Positions 17,508 to 28,104 of a stretch of 56,250 nt of DNA are shown here, in pieces. Every line of letters starts with the position of its first letter. Position 1 is the first letter of the stretch. The DNA is from Acidimicrobiia bacterium (GTDB lineage: Bacteria > Actinomycetota > Acidimicrobiia > Spongiisociales > JAENVV01), in contig JBFGJH010000016.1 of the NCBI GenBank assembly GCA_041577335.1, forward strand, positions 1 to 56,250, written 5' to 3'. Position numbers and translations under genes: made by a program. The notes under the pieces were generated by a model, which was not told the DNA's origin, searched no databases, and saw only the letters and a list, made by a program, of their open reading frames with translations.

Positions 17508-19682
17508 TCAGCGCAGCGTCGCCAAGATGCCCCTGTGGCCCTCATGGCGTTCGAGAATGCGGTCGAGCTCCTGAGCCACTTCGAGTCGTTCCCGCTCGGA
17601 AAGTCGCACGGGACCGAGACGGTCCGTCGAGATGGCCTCCACCACTGATTCCAATGCCCCGTCGGGAATCGTCTCGCCCTGCAGCCGAGTGGCGTACTCG
17701 CGGATGGTCTCGGTGGAATAGCGAGGAGCACCCCGGGACCGCCCGGCAGCCTCCAGCTTGTCGAACATCTCGTCGCTCCATGATCGGTCACGATTGCGAC
17801 GGCGCCGGCTGACAAGCTGGCTTCCCAGAATGAGTGCAGCACCTGCCAGGGCGATCGCCACAACGGTACCCCCGACGACCGGAGCAGCCGACATGACCTT
17901 GCCAAGCCGGTCTCCGAAGTATGAGCCCAAACCACTTCCCGAGAGGCTCGGGTCGAAGTCTCCCGACAGCGGAACTTGGGCGGTGGGGTCGAAACCCTGC
18001 CATCCCAGCCCGGGGAAGTAGACCTCGGCCCAGGAATGGGCGTTGTTCCCACGTACCTCATACAGCCCGGTGAATGGGTTGCGCTCGCCAGGTGTGAATC
18101 CGACGACGAGCCGGGCAGGTATTCCCTGCGAACGAAGCATCACGACCAGGCTGGTTCCGATCTGTTCACAGAAGCCCTGCTTGGTCTCGAAGAGATAGTG
18201 GTCGACGGCGTCCTCACCCGGTGGCAGCGGCGGGATATCGAGTGTGTATGTTGTGTTTTCCGACATCCATGCCTCGATGGCCCGGATCTTGTCATACGTC
18301 GTATCGATGTCTGCGGTGAGACCGCTCGCCAGTTCGAGAACTCTTGCTGGTGTCGATTCGGGAACTTGGAGATATTCGGACATGTCATCCGGCAGGCCGA
18401 AGAGCAGCGGATCGGCTGACCGTAGGTCGTTCTCATTGACGATTGGGCGAGCGCTCACCACGGTGTAGACCGTCCCGGCGTCCATCTCGACGCCCGTTCT
18501 CAGCGCTCCGTCGGGAAGCTGGAAGAGGAACCTGTCGGGGAAGTAGACCTCGGTAGGCCGATAGGCACCGAACAAGATGTTGGGACCGCCTCGTTCGAGA
18601 TAGAACGTCTGCAGGAACTCCTGTGTTTGGAGGGCGTCATCGCCGAGGGTTCTCGGAACCCCGATCGGCTCGCTCCCTCCGATGGAGAGTGGTTGCTCGT
18701 TGGACTGGGTCCAAACGCGGCCGTCCCATGTGTCGAAGGATTGACCCCTCCAAAAGGCCGGAGCCGACGCTCTCACTCGCATCACGATTGACTCGTCCGG
18801 CCGACCGCGAATCGACGTGTCGAGCTGCTCGGCGAACCCGAAGTATCCGAAGGACGCACGACCATCGAAGCCTCCTGCCGCCGCTTCGCCTCCCGTCGAT
18901 CCGCCCTCACCCAGGCTGGGGTTGGACAGATCGCCCAGGTTGGGAATAGGTACGTTGGAAGCGAGGCTGCTCGGGAAGGAAAGCGCTCGACTCGACTGCG
19001 CGGCCGGGAGGACCGAGAAGACGATGATCCCGATGATCAGCACTGCTCCCAGGCTGGCCGCCACCGGCACGTGGGCGCGATCGGTGATCGCCGGCGGGGA
19101 GGCACCGAGGGCGGGGACATCGCGGAGAGCACTGCGATTGGCAAGCACGAGGGCGGCCAAGAGGGCCACCGTCCAGGCGATGATGAATGGTGCGATGGTG
19201 AGCCTGATCGACAATGCTGCCGAGATGGCGAACATGACGCCCGACGAGGCCAGTGAAAACATCAGGTCGCGGCGAGCCGGCACATGCATGCTGTGGACCA
19301 CCTGTACCCATAGGAACAGCTCGGCGAGCGCGAGCTGGACGGCGCCAAAGCCGTCTTGGACGGCGCCGGCCACATTCACCATGAACGCGCCCACGGCGGC
19401 AATGAGCGCCAGCGCCAGCAATGCCTTCAGGCCGAGCGCATCCGAGAAACGCATGCGGTGCGATACGTAGTATCCGATCGGAATGCCGAGCAGGCCCGCT
19501 GCTGTGGATGCAGGGCTCACCAGGTGCTCGGTGAGCAGGGCGATCACGGCGATCATGACCGTGATCAGGACCGCCACCCGAACTTCGACGGATTCCTCGG
19601 GCTGGATCGCCCTATTGGCGTTCTTGATGGTCTCCCACATCGCGATCAAACCCGTTGGCCGAGGTGGATGACGGTGCTCCAC
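17508..19682 (-). CDS. Membrane transglutaminase-like protein (TgpA/DUF3488 type)
   Basis: N-terminal multi-TM region, FWRGQSFD, GFCEQ (Cys), AHSWAEVY (His), FDPT (Asp). Confidence 0.9.
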   Translation of the reverse strand: MEHRHPPRPTGLIAMWETIKNANRAIQPEESVEVRVAVLITVMIAVIALLTEHLVSPASTAAGLLGIPIGYYVSHRMRFSDALGLKALLALALIAAVGAFMVNVAGAVQDGFGAVQLALAELFLWVQVVHSMHVPARRDLMFSLASSGVMFAISAALSIRLTIAPFIIAWTVALLAALVLANRSALRDVPALGASPPAITDRAHVPVAASLGAVLIIGIIVFSVLPAAQSSRALSFPSSLASNVPIPNLGDLSNPSLGEGGSTGGEAAAGGFDGRASFGYFGFAEQLDTSIRGRPDESIVMRVRASAPAFWRGQSFDTWDGRVWTQSNEQPLSIGGSEPIGVPRTLGDDALQTQEFLQTFYLERGGPNILFGAYRPTEVYFPDRFLFQLPDGALRTGVEMDAGTVYTVVSARPIVNENDLRSADPLLFGLPDDMSEYLQVPESTPARVLELASGLTADIDTTYDKIRAIEAWMSENTTYTLDIPPLPPGEDAVDHYLFETKQGFCEQIGTSLVVMLRSQGIPARLVVGFTPGERNPFTGLYEVRGNNAHSWAEVYFPGLGWQGFDPTAQVPLSGDFDPSLSGSGLGSYFGDRLGKVMSAAPVVGGTVVAIALAGAALILGSQLVSRRRRNRDRSWSDEMFDKLEAAGRSRGAPRYSTETIREYATRLQGETIPDGALESVVEAISTDRLGPVRLSERERLEVAQELDRILERHEGHRGILATLR

Positions 19683-20572
19683 ACTCCATCCTGGTGAGCA
19701 GGCAGTGGGCCGGGGATGGCTCGAGCGAGCCGCCTACCCGCCTCGAGCATCGACCCGACGCCGCCGGCGTGGGGCCCGCTCTTCTCATGGGTTTGGAGAA
19801 TGACCGGGAGGCCTGAGCGTAGACCGTTTTGGACATACCCGGCCGCCAGCGAAGCGTGCTTTTCGGCTACCTCGGGATCCCCGCGCAAATCCAGCGACAC
19901 GATGAGGGTCGGCGATTGCGGTGCCTCGAGTTCCTTGACGGCCAACTGGTCTCGTCGAGCTGTGACCGCCCAGTTGATCATGCGGAGGGGATCGCCGGGA
20001 TGGTACTCGCGGACGCTGCGAACGGTCTCGCCATCTGTATGACGTCCCCCGACGGACGTCTCGCCCTTGCCGAACATCGTGGCCGACATAGGCAGCGCTA
20101 CGGGAGTCGCCATCGGCGCAACGTCGATGGGGCGTGGCAAAGGAGCGAACGTCGACCTGATCGCCGTCACGAGGCCGAGACTGCCGCTCGAGCGGATTTC
20201 GACTGGGAACGCCTCGATGACACCTCGCCGGATACTCGTGATCGGAAATCGACCGCTCATGATCTCGTCGATCCAGACTTGGTGACGGCCGGTGCCAACT
20301 CTGATGAGAGCGCCGCCGCGAGGAGCTGAAGCAGCGACATCGAGCTCAAACCGGCGTCCCGCCACTGCATCGCTGGGACCGGAGATGTCGATCGAAACCT
20401 CGCCAACGGACCACCATGCCTCGATGGTCGACCAAATGACCATTCCGAGCAGTAGCGCCACCATCACCGACAGCCAGCCCGCCCCCGCAGTCCGCGACGC
20501 CACAAAGAACGCCGCAGCGAGTGTCAGCATCACGACGCTGCCCCGAGTGGGCCGAAGCCGGGTCTTGCTCAT
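19646..20572 (-). CDS. DUF58 domain protein
   Basis: VREYHPGDPLRMINWAVTAR motif; start overlaps the moxR stop. Confidence 0.9.
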   Translation of the reverse strand: MSKTRLRPTRGSVVMLTLAAAFFVASRTAGAGWLSVMVALLLGMVIWSTIEAWWSVGEVSIDISGPSDAVAGRRFELDVAASAPRGGALIRVGTGRHQVWIDEIMSGRFPITSIRRGVIEAFPVEIRSSGSLGLVTAIRSTFAPLPRPIDVAPMATPVALPMSATMFGKGETSVGGRHTDGETVRSVREYHPGDPLRMINWAVTARRDQLAVKELEAPQSPTLIVSLDLRGDPEVAEKHASLAAGYVQNGLRSGLPVILQTHEKSGPHAGGVGSMLEAGRRLARAIPGPLPAHQDGVWSTVIHLGQRV

Positions 20573-21531
20573 CCCCGAGGAGGGGTGAGGCCGGCGAGGA
20601 TTTCCTCGACAACGGCGCGAGCACTGGCCAGATCGGGACCGCCGGTCAAGATCAATCGGTGGGACAATGCCGCGGCGGCGCATGCTTTCACGTGATCAGG
20701 AGTTACAAACGGGTTGCCGAGCACCACGGCATAGCCACGGACCAACGCCAGCAGGGCGAGCGAGGCACGCGGGCTGGCCCCCAGCGTCACCTCCGGATGC
20801 CGGCGGGTTGCTTCTGAGATATCAAGCACGTAGTCGGCGATGGAGCCATCGACATGGATGCGTTGCGTGACGGCGATCGCTTTGGCGATGTTGGTGGCCC
20901 GAGTGACAGGACGAATCTGGTCGAGTGAGGTGACGCCTCCGGATCCGGTGAGGATCTCTCGTTCGGAAGCCCTGTCGGGAAGGCCGAGCTCGAGAACCGT
21001 CGCGAAACGGTCGCGCTGGCCTTCCACCAGCGGAAAGGTGCCCGCATGCTCGAACGGATTCTGGGTTGCGAGCAGGAAGAAGGGATCGGGGAGCGGTCGC
21101 GACTCGCCATCGATCGACACCTGTTGCTCTTCCATGGCCTCGAGCAGCGCGGCCTGAGTGCGGGGCGTCGCACGATTGATTTCATCCATCAGCACGACGT
21201 TGGCAAAGAGAGGCCCTGGTCGAAACTCCCATGTCTCGCTCGACCGTCGGTAGACCGCAACGCCGGTCAGGTCGGCTGGAAGGAGGTCGGGCGTGCCCTG
21301 GATACGACGGTAGGTGCCGCCGATCGACTTAGCGAGCGTCTTGGCGAGAAGCGTCTTGCCGACTCCGGGGACATCCTCGATCAGGAGATGGCCGCCCGCC
21401 AGCAGGGTGGCGATTGCCAGCCGGGATTGTTCTGGCTTACCGCGCAAGACATGGGTGACGTTGGCGAAGAATTGATCGGCAAGCTGGCTGACGGCGGCAA
21501 ACGGATCTGGGCGCGGGGCAACGGCTTCCAT
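20569..21531 (-). CDS. moxR: MoxR family AAA+ ATPase
   Basis: HLLIEDVPGVGKT, DLLPADLTG, DEINRATPRTQAALLEAMEE, ATQNP, GASPRAS. Confidence 0.95.
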   Translation of the reverse strand: MEAVAPRPDPFAAVSQLADQFFANVTHVLRGKPEQSRLAIATLLAGGHLLIEDVPGVGKTLLAKTLAKSIGGTYRRIQGTPDLLPADLTGVAVYRRSSETWEFRPGPLFANVVLMDEINRATPRTQAALLEAMEEQQVSIDGESRPLPDPFFLLATQNPFEHAGTFPLVEGQRDRFATVLELGLPDRASEREILTGSGGVTSLDQIRPVTRATNIAKAIAVTQRIHVDGSIADYVLDISEATRRHPEVTLGASPRASLALLALVRGYAVVLGNPFVTPDHVKACAAAALSHRLILTGGPDLASARAVVEEILAGLTPPRG

Positions 21532-21632
21532 ACGTCCACTATCGGCCGTCGCTCTTGGTCGCTTGATGGAAACGCCCGATACCCCTGACCAAGGCTCTTG
21601 ATTACACTCAGCCCACAACTGATCGCCTTTGA

Positions 21633-21823
21633 CCCCCGCAGGAGAGTCCGCCCTACGAGGCGGCGCCGAAGGAGCAACCGACCCGGAATCTCTCAGGCCA
21701 CCGGACCGCGGAGGGGAGGCACCACTGGAAAGAGGGTCTCGGAGAGTTTCGAGGCCCCACCGAAGGGGCAACGGTCACCCTGGCTAGGGCGACCGGCATC
21801 TCTCAGGTTCCCAGACAGTCGGG
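21633..21823 (+). ncRNA. Tandem glycine riboswitch
   Basis: Aptamer 1: GGAGAG...GCCGAAGGAGCAA...CTCTCAGG...GGAC. Aptamer 2: CTGGAAAG...CACCGAAGGGGCAA...CTCTCAGGT...ACAG. Directly upstream of gcvT. Confidence 0.93.
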
Positions 21824-21882
21824 TCAGCGGCGACCGCCGTCCATGGCGGCCGTTGTTCGAAGCACCCAGACTCGAGGAACTT

Positions 21883-22983
21883 GTGGAAGATTCGGAACTC
21901 AAGCGAACCCCGCTGTACGACCTTCACGTCCAGGCAGGCGGCCGGATGGCGGGCTTTGCCGGCTATGAGATGCCCATCCGCTATGAGCCTGGCGCTCTGG
22001 CCGAACATCTCTTCACGAGGGCAAGTGCCGGCCTGTTCGACATCTCTCACATGGGCCTCGTCGAGATCAGCGGGCCCGGTCACCGAGCTTGGCTCGAGTC
22101 GCTGCTGCCGACCGACGTCGTCGGCTTGGCGCCAGGGCAGATGCGATACTCCTTCTTCACGACTCTCGATGGGGGCGTCATCGATGACGTCATGGTCACC
22201 GGCAGGGACGACCGGATCGACCTCGTCGTGAACGCCTCCCGCAAGGTTGAGGACCTAGCTCACCTCCTTGCCAGTGCACCGGTGGACGTTTCAATCAATG
22301 AGCGAACGGACGTGGCGATGGTGGCCCTGCAAGGACCGAAAGCCGCGGTCGTGCTCCAAAGGGTCGGAATCGAGCTGCCGGCCCTTTTTCTGCAGGGCAG
22401 GGAGGCGCAATTCGATGGAACGAACATATGGGTTTCTCGATCGGGCTACACCGGAGAAGACGGCTTTGAGATCCAGGGGGCGGCCGCAGGTATGGTCGAC
22501 CTGGCCGCGCAGGTGCTCGCTCACCCCGACGTCGAGTGGGCAGGATTGGGTGCTCGCGATTCGCTCCGGCTAGAAGCCGGCTTGTGCCTGTATGGGAATG
22601 ACCTGGATGAGACAATCTCTCCGATTGAGGCTGGGCTGCGATGGGCAATCCCGAAACGCCGGCGAGAGGACGGCGGCTTCGCAGGCGCCGAGCGCATCAT
22701 GCATGAGCTCGTCCAAGGCCCACCGCGGCGACGGGTAGGGCTCAGGCCAACCGGCCGGGCGCCGGTTCGCCAGGGGGCCACGCTGTCGCTCGCTGGGCGC
22801 CAGGTCGGATTTGTGAGTTCAGGTGGATATGGCCCGACGGTTGAGGGCCCGATCGCGATGGGCTATGTGGAATCGGAAGTTGTCTCGCAGTCGCTCATTG
22901 CAGATGTCCGTGGCAAGGAAATCGAATGTGAAATCGCGGCCCTCCCCTTTGTGCCGCCCCGCTACGTCAGAGGAGAGAAATGA
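21883..22983 (+). CDS. gcvT: Glycine cleavage system aminomethyltransferase T
   Basis: KRTPLYDLH...[52 protein letters not shown] start after GAGG. Confidence 0.96.
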   Translation: MEDSELKRTPLYDLHVQAGGRMAGFAGYEMPIRYEPGALAEHLFTRASAGLFDISHMGLVEISGPGHRAWLESLLPTDVVGLAPGQMRYSFFTTLDGGVIDDVMVTGRDDRIDLVVNASRKVEDLAHLLASAPVDVSINERTDVAMVALQGPKAAVVLQRVGIELPALFLQGREAQFDGTNIWVSRSGYTGEDGFEIQGAAAGMVDLAAQVLAHPDVEWAGLGARDSLRLEAGLCLYGNDLDETISPIEAGLRWAIPKRRREDGGFAGAERIMHELVQGPPRRRVGLRPTGRAPVRQGATLSLAGRQVGFVSSGGYGPTVEGPIAMGYVESEVVSQSLIADVRGKEIECEIAALPFVPPRYVRGEK

Positions 22984-25784
22984 CCGAGTTCGTTGATCGA
23001 CACATCGGCCCGAGCCAGGATGACCGCAACGCGATGCTCGAGGTACTTGGGTACTCCTCGATGGAAGAGATGCTCCACGACGTCCTACCCGACTCGATCC
23101 GCCTCGACGCCCTGAGTCTGCCCCCGGCGCTCTCAGAGCGTGAGGTGCTGGGACGCCTCCGTGAGATAGCCAACCGGAATCGTGTTACCAAGTCCATGAT
23201 CGGACTCGGATATCACGGCACCATCACCCCCCCGGTCATCGTCAGAAACCTGCTCGAGAATCCCGGCTGGTACACCTCCTACACCCCTTACCAGGCCGAA
23301 ATCTCGCAAGGGCGCTTGGAAGCGCTGCTCAATTACCAGACGGTCGTCACCGACCTCACTGGGCTTCCAATCACCAATGCATCGTTGTTGGATGAGGCGA
23401 CGGCAGCCGCCGAGGCCATGACCATGATGCGCCGCCATTCGAAGGCGGAATCGAAGGTGCTCTTCGTGGATGAGGCCCTGCATCCACAGACGAAGGCAGT
23501 TATCGCGACGCGTGCCCGACCGCTGGACATTGAGGTCGCCGAAGGAGATCCCAGCCACGAGGTGCCTGCCTGTTTCGGCGTGGTCCTGGCCCAGTTCCCA
23601 TCTGAGGGTGGAATCAGAGATCTCGCACCGTTGGTGGAGGCCGCTCGGACCCAGGGTGCTTTGGTGACGGTGGTAACCGACCTGCTCGGGCTGACCGTCG
23701 TCGTGCCTCCTGGTGAGGTTGGCGCGGACATCGCTGTTGGGTCGGCTCAGCGGTTCGGGGTGCCGATGGGCTTCGGCGGGCCTCATGCCGGGTTCATGGC
23801 TGCAACGCCCGAGTTCACGAGAACATTGCCAGGTCGGATCGTGGGCATATCGGTGGACACCGGAGGCCGGCCTGCCTACCGGTTGGCGCTGCAAACCAGG
23901 GAACAGCACATCCGCCGCGAACGCGCAACGAGCAATATCTGCACCTCCCAGGTTTTGCTGGCCGTCATCGCCGGCATGTACGCCGTCTATCACGGCCCCG
24001 CAGGGCTGGCTGATATCGCCCGGCACTCCCACCGCCTCGCCTGCGACTTCGCAGCGTCGGTCTCGGCCGCAGGGCATGCCCTCGGTTCGACCGCCTGGTT
24101 CGACACCATCAGTGTGGAGGTGCCCGGGCATGCCGACCGACTCGTCGAAGAGGCCGATCGTGCCGGCTATTCGATCCGTCGGCTCAACGCCGACTGGGTG
24201 AGCGTTACGTTCGACGAGACGACCACCGATGAGGACCTGATTGGGATCCTCACCGTCTTCGGGGCAGAGCCACATGCCGGCAGCATCGGTATCCCCGAGC
24301 CGCTGCAACGCACGTCTGACTATCTGACCCATCCCGTCTTTCACAGCTACCGATCAGAAACCGAGTTACTCCGCTACCTTCGGCGGCTCATGGATCGCGA
24401 CATTGCCCTCGACCGGTCGATGATCCCTTTGGGCTCGTGCACGATGAAGCTCAACGCTACGGCGGAAATGATGGCCATCACCTGGCCGGAGTTCGCCAAC
24501 CTTCATCCGTTTGCTCCGCTCAGCCACGCCGCGGGATACCTGGAGCTGATCGCCGAGCTCGAACAGTGGCTGGCCGAGATCACCGGCTACGACGCAGTCT
24601 CTCTGCAGCCCAATGCCGGCTCGCAGGGTGAATACGCCGGGCTGCTTGCCATCCGGGCGTATCACGAGAGCCGCGGCGATGCAGGCCGCCGCCTCTGTTT
24701 GATCCCTTCGTCCGCCCACGGGACCAATCCCGCTTCGGCGGCGATGGCCGGCTTCGAGGTGATGGTCGTCGAATGCGATGACGAAGGAAACGTCGACATC
24801 GAGGACCTCAGGCTGAAGCTGAAGGAACATGGCCCCGAGGTAGGTGCGCTGATGGTCACCTACCCGTCGACCCATGGGGTCTTCGAAACCGACATCGTCG
24901 AGATCTGCGAGCTCATCCACGAGGCAGGCGGTCAGGTCTACCTCGACGGCGCCAATCTCAACGCCATGGTGGGGGTCTCGAAGCCGGGTGTCTTCGGATC
25001 AGACGTGTCTCACCTCAACCTGCACAAGACTTTCACCATCCCCCATGGAGGGGGCGGTCCCGGCGTGGGGCCGATTGGCGTGCGCTCGCACCTGGCACCG
25101 TTCCTTCCCAATCATCCCATGGTCGATGCGGCCGGCCCAGCCTCGGGCCCCGGGCCAGTTTCTGCGGCGCCATGGGGCTCAGCCGGCATTCTCCCGATCT
25201 CCTGGGCGTACATCGCGCTGATGGGTAGCGACGGCCTCCGGCATGCAACTGAGGCCGCCATCCTCAACGCCAACTACGTGGCTCACAAGCTCCAGGACCA
25301 CTATCCCATCCTGTATCGCGGGGCCATGGGGAGGATTGCCCACGAGTGCATCCTCGACATACGCCCCCTTCATCGTGCCTCCGGCGTGACCGTCGAAGAC
25401 ATCGCCAAGCGGCTCATCGACTACGGCTTCCACGCTCCCACGATCTCCTTTCCGGTAGCCGGCACGCTGATGATCGAGCCCACCGAGTCGGAGTCCCTCT
25501 ACGAGTTGGATCGGTTCGTCGAAGCGATGATCTCGATCAGGGAGGAAATCGCCGCCATCGAGGACGGCGCCGAATACGAGGCGTCGGCTTTGTATCACAG
25601 TCCCCACACAGCCGAGGACCTGCTCGGTGTCGAGTGGGATCGGCCCTACTCACGCGAGGAGGCGGCCTACCCGGTGGATGCGGTTCGCACCGCCAAGTAC
25701 TGGCCGCCCGTCAGCCGGATCGACGCACGCTACGGCGACCGTCACTTGGTGTGCGCATGTGTGCCAGTCGACGACTACCGCTGA
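22980..25784 (+). CDS. gcvP: Glycine dehydrogenase (decarboxylating), single-chain P protein
   Basis: [42 protein letters not shown] (PLP Lys), EPTESE. Confidence 0.97.
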   Translation: MTEFVDRHIGPSQDDRNAMLEVLGYSSMEEMLHDVLPDSIRLDALSLPPALSEREVLGRLREIANRNRVTKSMIGLGYHGTITPPVIVRNLLENPGWYTSYTPYQAEISQGRLEALLNYQTVVTDLTGLPITNASLLDEATAAAEAMTMMRRHSKAESKVLFVDEALHPQTKAVIATRARPLDIEVAEGDPSHEVPACFGVVLAQFPSEGGIRDLAPLVEAARTQGALVTVVTDLLGLTVVVPPGEVGADIAVGSAQRFGVPMGFGGPHAGFMAATPEFTRTLPGRIVGISVDTGGRPAYRLALQTREQHIRRERATSNICTSQVLLAVIAGMYAVYHGPAGLADIARHSHRLACDFAASVSAAGHALGSTAWFDTISVEVPGHADRLVEEADRAGYSIRRLNADWVSVTFDETTTDEDLIGILTVFGAEPHAGSIGIPEPLQRTSDYLTHPVFHSYRSETELLRYLRRLMDRDIALDRSMIPLGSCTMKLNATAEMMAITWPEFANLHPFAPLSHAAGYLELIAELEQWLAEITGYDAVSLQPNAGSQGEYAGLLAIRAYHESRGDAGRRLCLIPSSAHGTNPASAAMAGFEVMVVECDDEGNVDIEDLRLKLKEHGPEVGALMVTYPSTHGVFETDIVEICELIHEAGGQVYLDGANLNAMVGVSKPGVFGSDVSHLNLHKTFTIPHGGGGPGVGPIGVRSHLAPFLPNHPMVDAAGPASGPGPVSAAPWGSAGILPISWAYIALMGSDGLRHATEAAILNANYVAHKLQDHYPILYRGAMGRIAHECILDIRPLHRASGVTVEDIAKRLIDYGFHAPTISFPVAGTLMIEPTESESLYELDRFVEAMISIREEIAAIEDGAEYEASALYHSPHTAEDLLGVEWDRPYSREEAAYPVDAVRTAKYWPPVSRIDARYGDRHLVCACVPVDDYR

Positions 25785-25817
25785 GGAGGCCGAAGCCAGG
25801 GGTGGCTCGCCGCCGGT

Positions 25818-27026
25818 CTAGCGCAACTCGGTACCCGGTTGCGGCGGGACGACACAGTCGTCGCGGGCGTCCCCCGTGCCGGCGATAGGAGCCGTCACCG
25901 GGATGGGATCGCTCCAGCCCGATCCCTGGTCGTCGGTGGTGAGGAAACGAACGATGGCCCGGTACACCGCCTCGGCGTAAGCCTGTTGGCCCGATCGGCT
26001 GCGCAGCAGGGCCTCCTCGGCCGGGTTGGAGATGAAGAGACCCTCGGCAAGGGCCGTAGGAGCGCCGGCTCGGCGGAGAATGCCGTAGTAGTCGATGAAC
26101 CCATCGCGCGACAGTCGATAGCGTGCGCCACGGTCACTGTTCCCGACCCAATCGATGTCGAAGCGCGAGAAGCTCAAGAGGAACTCTTCGTACAGGATTC
26201 CCGCGAGACGCTTCGACTCATCGCTCACCACCGAATAGAAGACCTCACTGCCTGGCCCGCCGATCGGGCCTTCGGGAGCGGCGTTGTTGTGAATTGAAAC
26301 CACGGCGTCAGCTCCGGCTGCCGTCGCCAGCGTCGCTCGGAAGAGGAGCCCTGCTTCGATGTCAGCTCCGGGCGGCCCCTCGGTGCGTGTCAGGAGGACC
26401 TGGCCGAGGGCTGGGATCTCCTCGCCGGGGAGTACGAGACCTGTCTCCCAATCGACCGTGTGCGAGGTGCGCAGCAGTGTCAGGGTGCGTCTCGCAATGG
26501 CCAGGTTGGCCTCGTTCTCGATGAGGCCGGTTGGTCCCGTAGCTCCTATGTTCGGTCCGCCGTGGCCCGGGTCGATCACGACAACCGCCGTGGTGAGATC
26601 AAAACCTGGCCCCGCCTCGGCTCGGTTGGAGGTCGGCTCGAACACGACAGCCTCGCGCGGAACCCATGCGTGGGTGTCGCACCCGGTGAGAACTTCCATC
26701 CAGTCCCCTTCGATCCGGCTCACGGCAAAGGTCAACCCTTCGTACGCCGTGAGGTATGGCGCTGCTCCGGCTTCCTCGCTCAGGGGTGCGCCACCTGGCG
26801 GCACCGTTGCCACGCCGGTGTCTGGCTGGGGTGGGGCGGGCGCCACCGAGATCGGCACCGACGGTGGCGGTGGCGCCGCAGAAGTCGTGACCGGCGCGGC
26901 GGCGATGTTGTCGACGCCGTCGCCGCGGGCTTGCACGGCGTTGGAAGGCGCCGCGTTCACGCAGGCTGATCCCACGAGCACCAGGCCGACAGCGAACGCA
27001 GTTAAAGAAGAGCTTGCGCGATCCAC
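25818..27026 (-). CDS. N-acetylmuramoyl-L-alanine amidase (Amidase_3), probable lipoprotein
   Basis: VVIDPGHGG, ENEANL, VSIHNNA, ALAEGLF; hydrophobic N-terminus ending GSAC. Start approximate (GTG 27026). Confidence 0.88.
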   Translation of the reverse strand: MDRASSSLTAFAVGLVLVGSACVNAAPSNAVQARGDGVDNIAAAPVTTSAAPPPPSVPISVAPAPPQPDTGVATVPPGGAPLSEEAGAAPYLTAYEGLTFAVSRIEGDWMEVLTGCDTHAWVPREAVVFEPTSNRAEAGPGFDLTTAVVVIDPGHGGPNIGATGPTGLIENEANLAIARRTLTLLRTSHTVDWETGLVLPGEEIPALGQVLLTRTEGPPGADIEAGLLFRATLATAAGADAVVSIHNNAAPEGPIGGPGSEVFYSVVSDESKRLAGILYEEFLLSFSRFDIDWVGNSDRGARYRLSRDGFIDYYGILRRAGAPTALAEGLFISNPAEEALLRSRSGQQAYAEAVYRAIVRFLTTDDQGSGWSDPIPVTAPIAGTGDARDDCVVPPQPGTELR

Positions 27027-27316
27027 AGAGTCACCATACCGACAGCGATTGTGTAGGCGATGTTGCCCGTTTTCCACGCTACGACGGCGGCCACCGCGGC
27101 AGCCGGCCAGCGGAGGTTGTCGAACGTGAGATCGAGCCGGCCGTCGACCAGGAACACTGCGGGTGTCACGAGCGCCGTCATGACCGCCGCAGGCACGAAG
27201 CGAAGCGCACGGGTCAAGGTGGCGGGCATCCTTCGATCGCCCACGAAGACCGTGAAGGAGGAACGCAGGAGCAGCGTCCCGAGGCCGGTTGCCGCCATGA
27301 TCACCCAACCGGTCAT
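27002..27316 (-). CDS. azlD: AzlD-family branched-chain amino acid exporter small subunit
   Basis: 104 aa hydrophobic, LRFVPAAVMTALV; coupled to azlC. Confidence 0.85.
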   Translation of the reverse strand: MTGWVIMAATGLGTLLLRSSFTVFVGDRRMPATLTRALRFVPAAVMTALVTPAVFLVDGRLDLTFDNLRWPAAAVAAVVAWKTGNIAYTIAVGMVTLWIAQALL

Positions 27317-28008
27317 GACTGTCTCCGCTCGCTGATCACACCGGCTGTGATGCCGACGACGGCCGCCAGGGGCAGGCCGAGTCGATAGGGCAGTGAGTGG
27401 GTCGCAACAGCAGTGACGCCGGCAGCAAAGGCCGCCATGACCGAAGGCCGGTCAGTCACCGCAGGGAAGATGAGCGCCAGGAAGACGAGAACGACCGCGA
27501 ACTCGAGTCCCCACGAGTCGGGTACCGCCGCTCCAGCAACGTAACCGATGGCCGTAGTGGCCATCCAGTCGACAAAAAGGGGAAACGCCACCCCGAAGTA
27601 GAACCAGTGCCGATGTGGTCGTACCTCATCGGGAGGTTGCGGCGGGAAGTCGACGATCGAAAGTGCGAAGGCCTGGTCGGTCATGAGATGGGACAGACCG
27701 GTGCGCGCCGGTGCCGAGAGATGCTGAAAGTGAGCCCGCAGCGCGGCGGAGTACATGACGAACCGAGCGTTGATTACGAGAGCCGTGGCCACGGCAACCA
27801 CAATCGCCGCCTGGTCGGCGTAGAGGGCCATGGCAGCGAGTTGGGAAGCGCCGGCGAAAACGAAGGCCGACGCCCCAATGCCGAGCACAGGCCCAAACCC
27901 CACCTTGGCGGCAGTGATGCCGACGATGAGACCGAAGGGGACGATCGCGATCATGACCGGAACGACCTGTCGAAATCCGCGCCAGAACTCGTCTCGGGGA
28001 GAATGCAT
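27313..28008 (-). CDS. azlC: AzlC-family permease
   Basis: VFAGASQLAA, VINARFVMYSA, LMTDQAFA. Confidence 0.9.
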   Translation of the reverse strand: MHSPRDEFWRGFRQVVPVMIAIVPFGLIVGITAAKVGFGPVLGIGASAFVFAGASQLAAMALYADQAAIVVAVATALVINARFVMYSAALRAHFQHLSAPARTGLSHLMTDQAFALSIVDFPPQPPDEVRPHRHWFYFGVAFPLFVDWMATTAIGYVAGAAVPDSWGLEFAVVLVFLALIFPAVTDRPSVMAAFAAGVTAVATHSLPYRLGLPLAAVVGITAGVISERRQS

Positions 28009-28047
28009 CCGGGAACGCTAGCGAACCGAGAGACCGTCAACCGCGTG

Positions 28048-28083
28048 TGAGGGCGCCCAGGGAATGAACCGTGGGCGCCCTCA
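28048..28083 (-). terminator. Intrinsic terminator-like hairpin
   Basis: Perfect 12 bp stem TGAGGGCGCCCA/TGGGCGCCCTCA just past the stop of the 28105-29199 gene. Confidence 0.7.
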
Positions 28084-28104
28084 ATCGGATCTCCGAAAGG
28101 AGTC

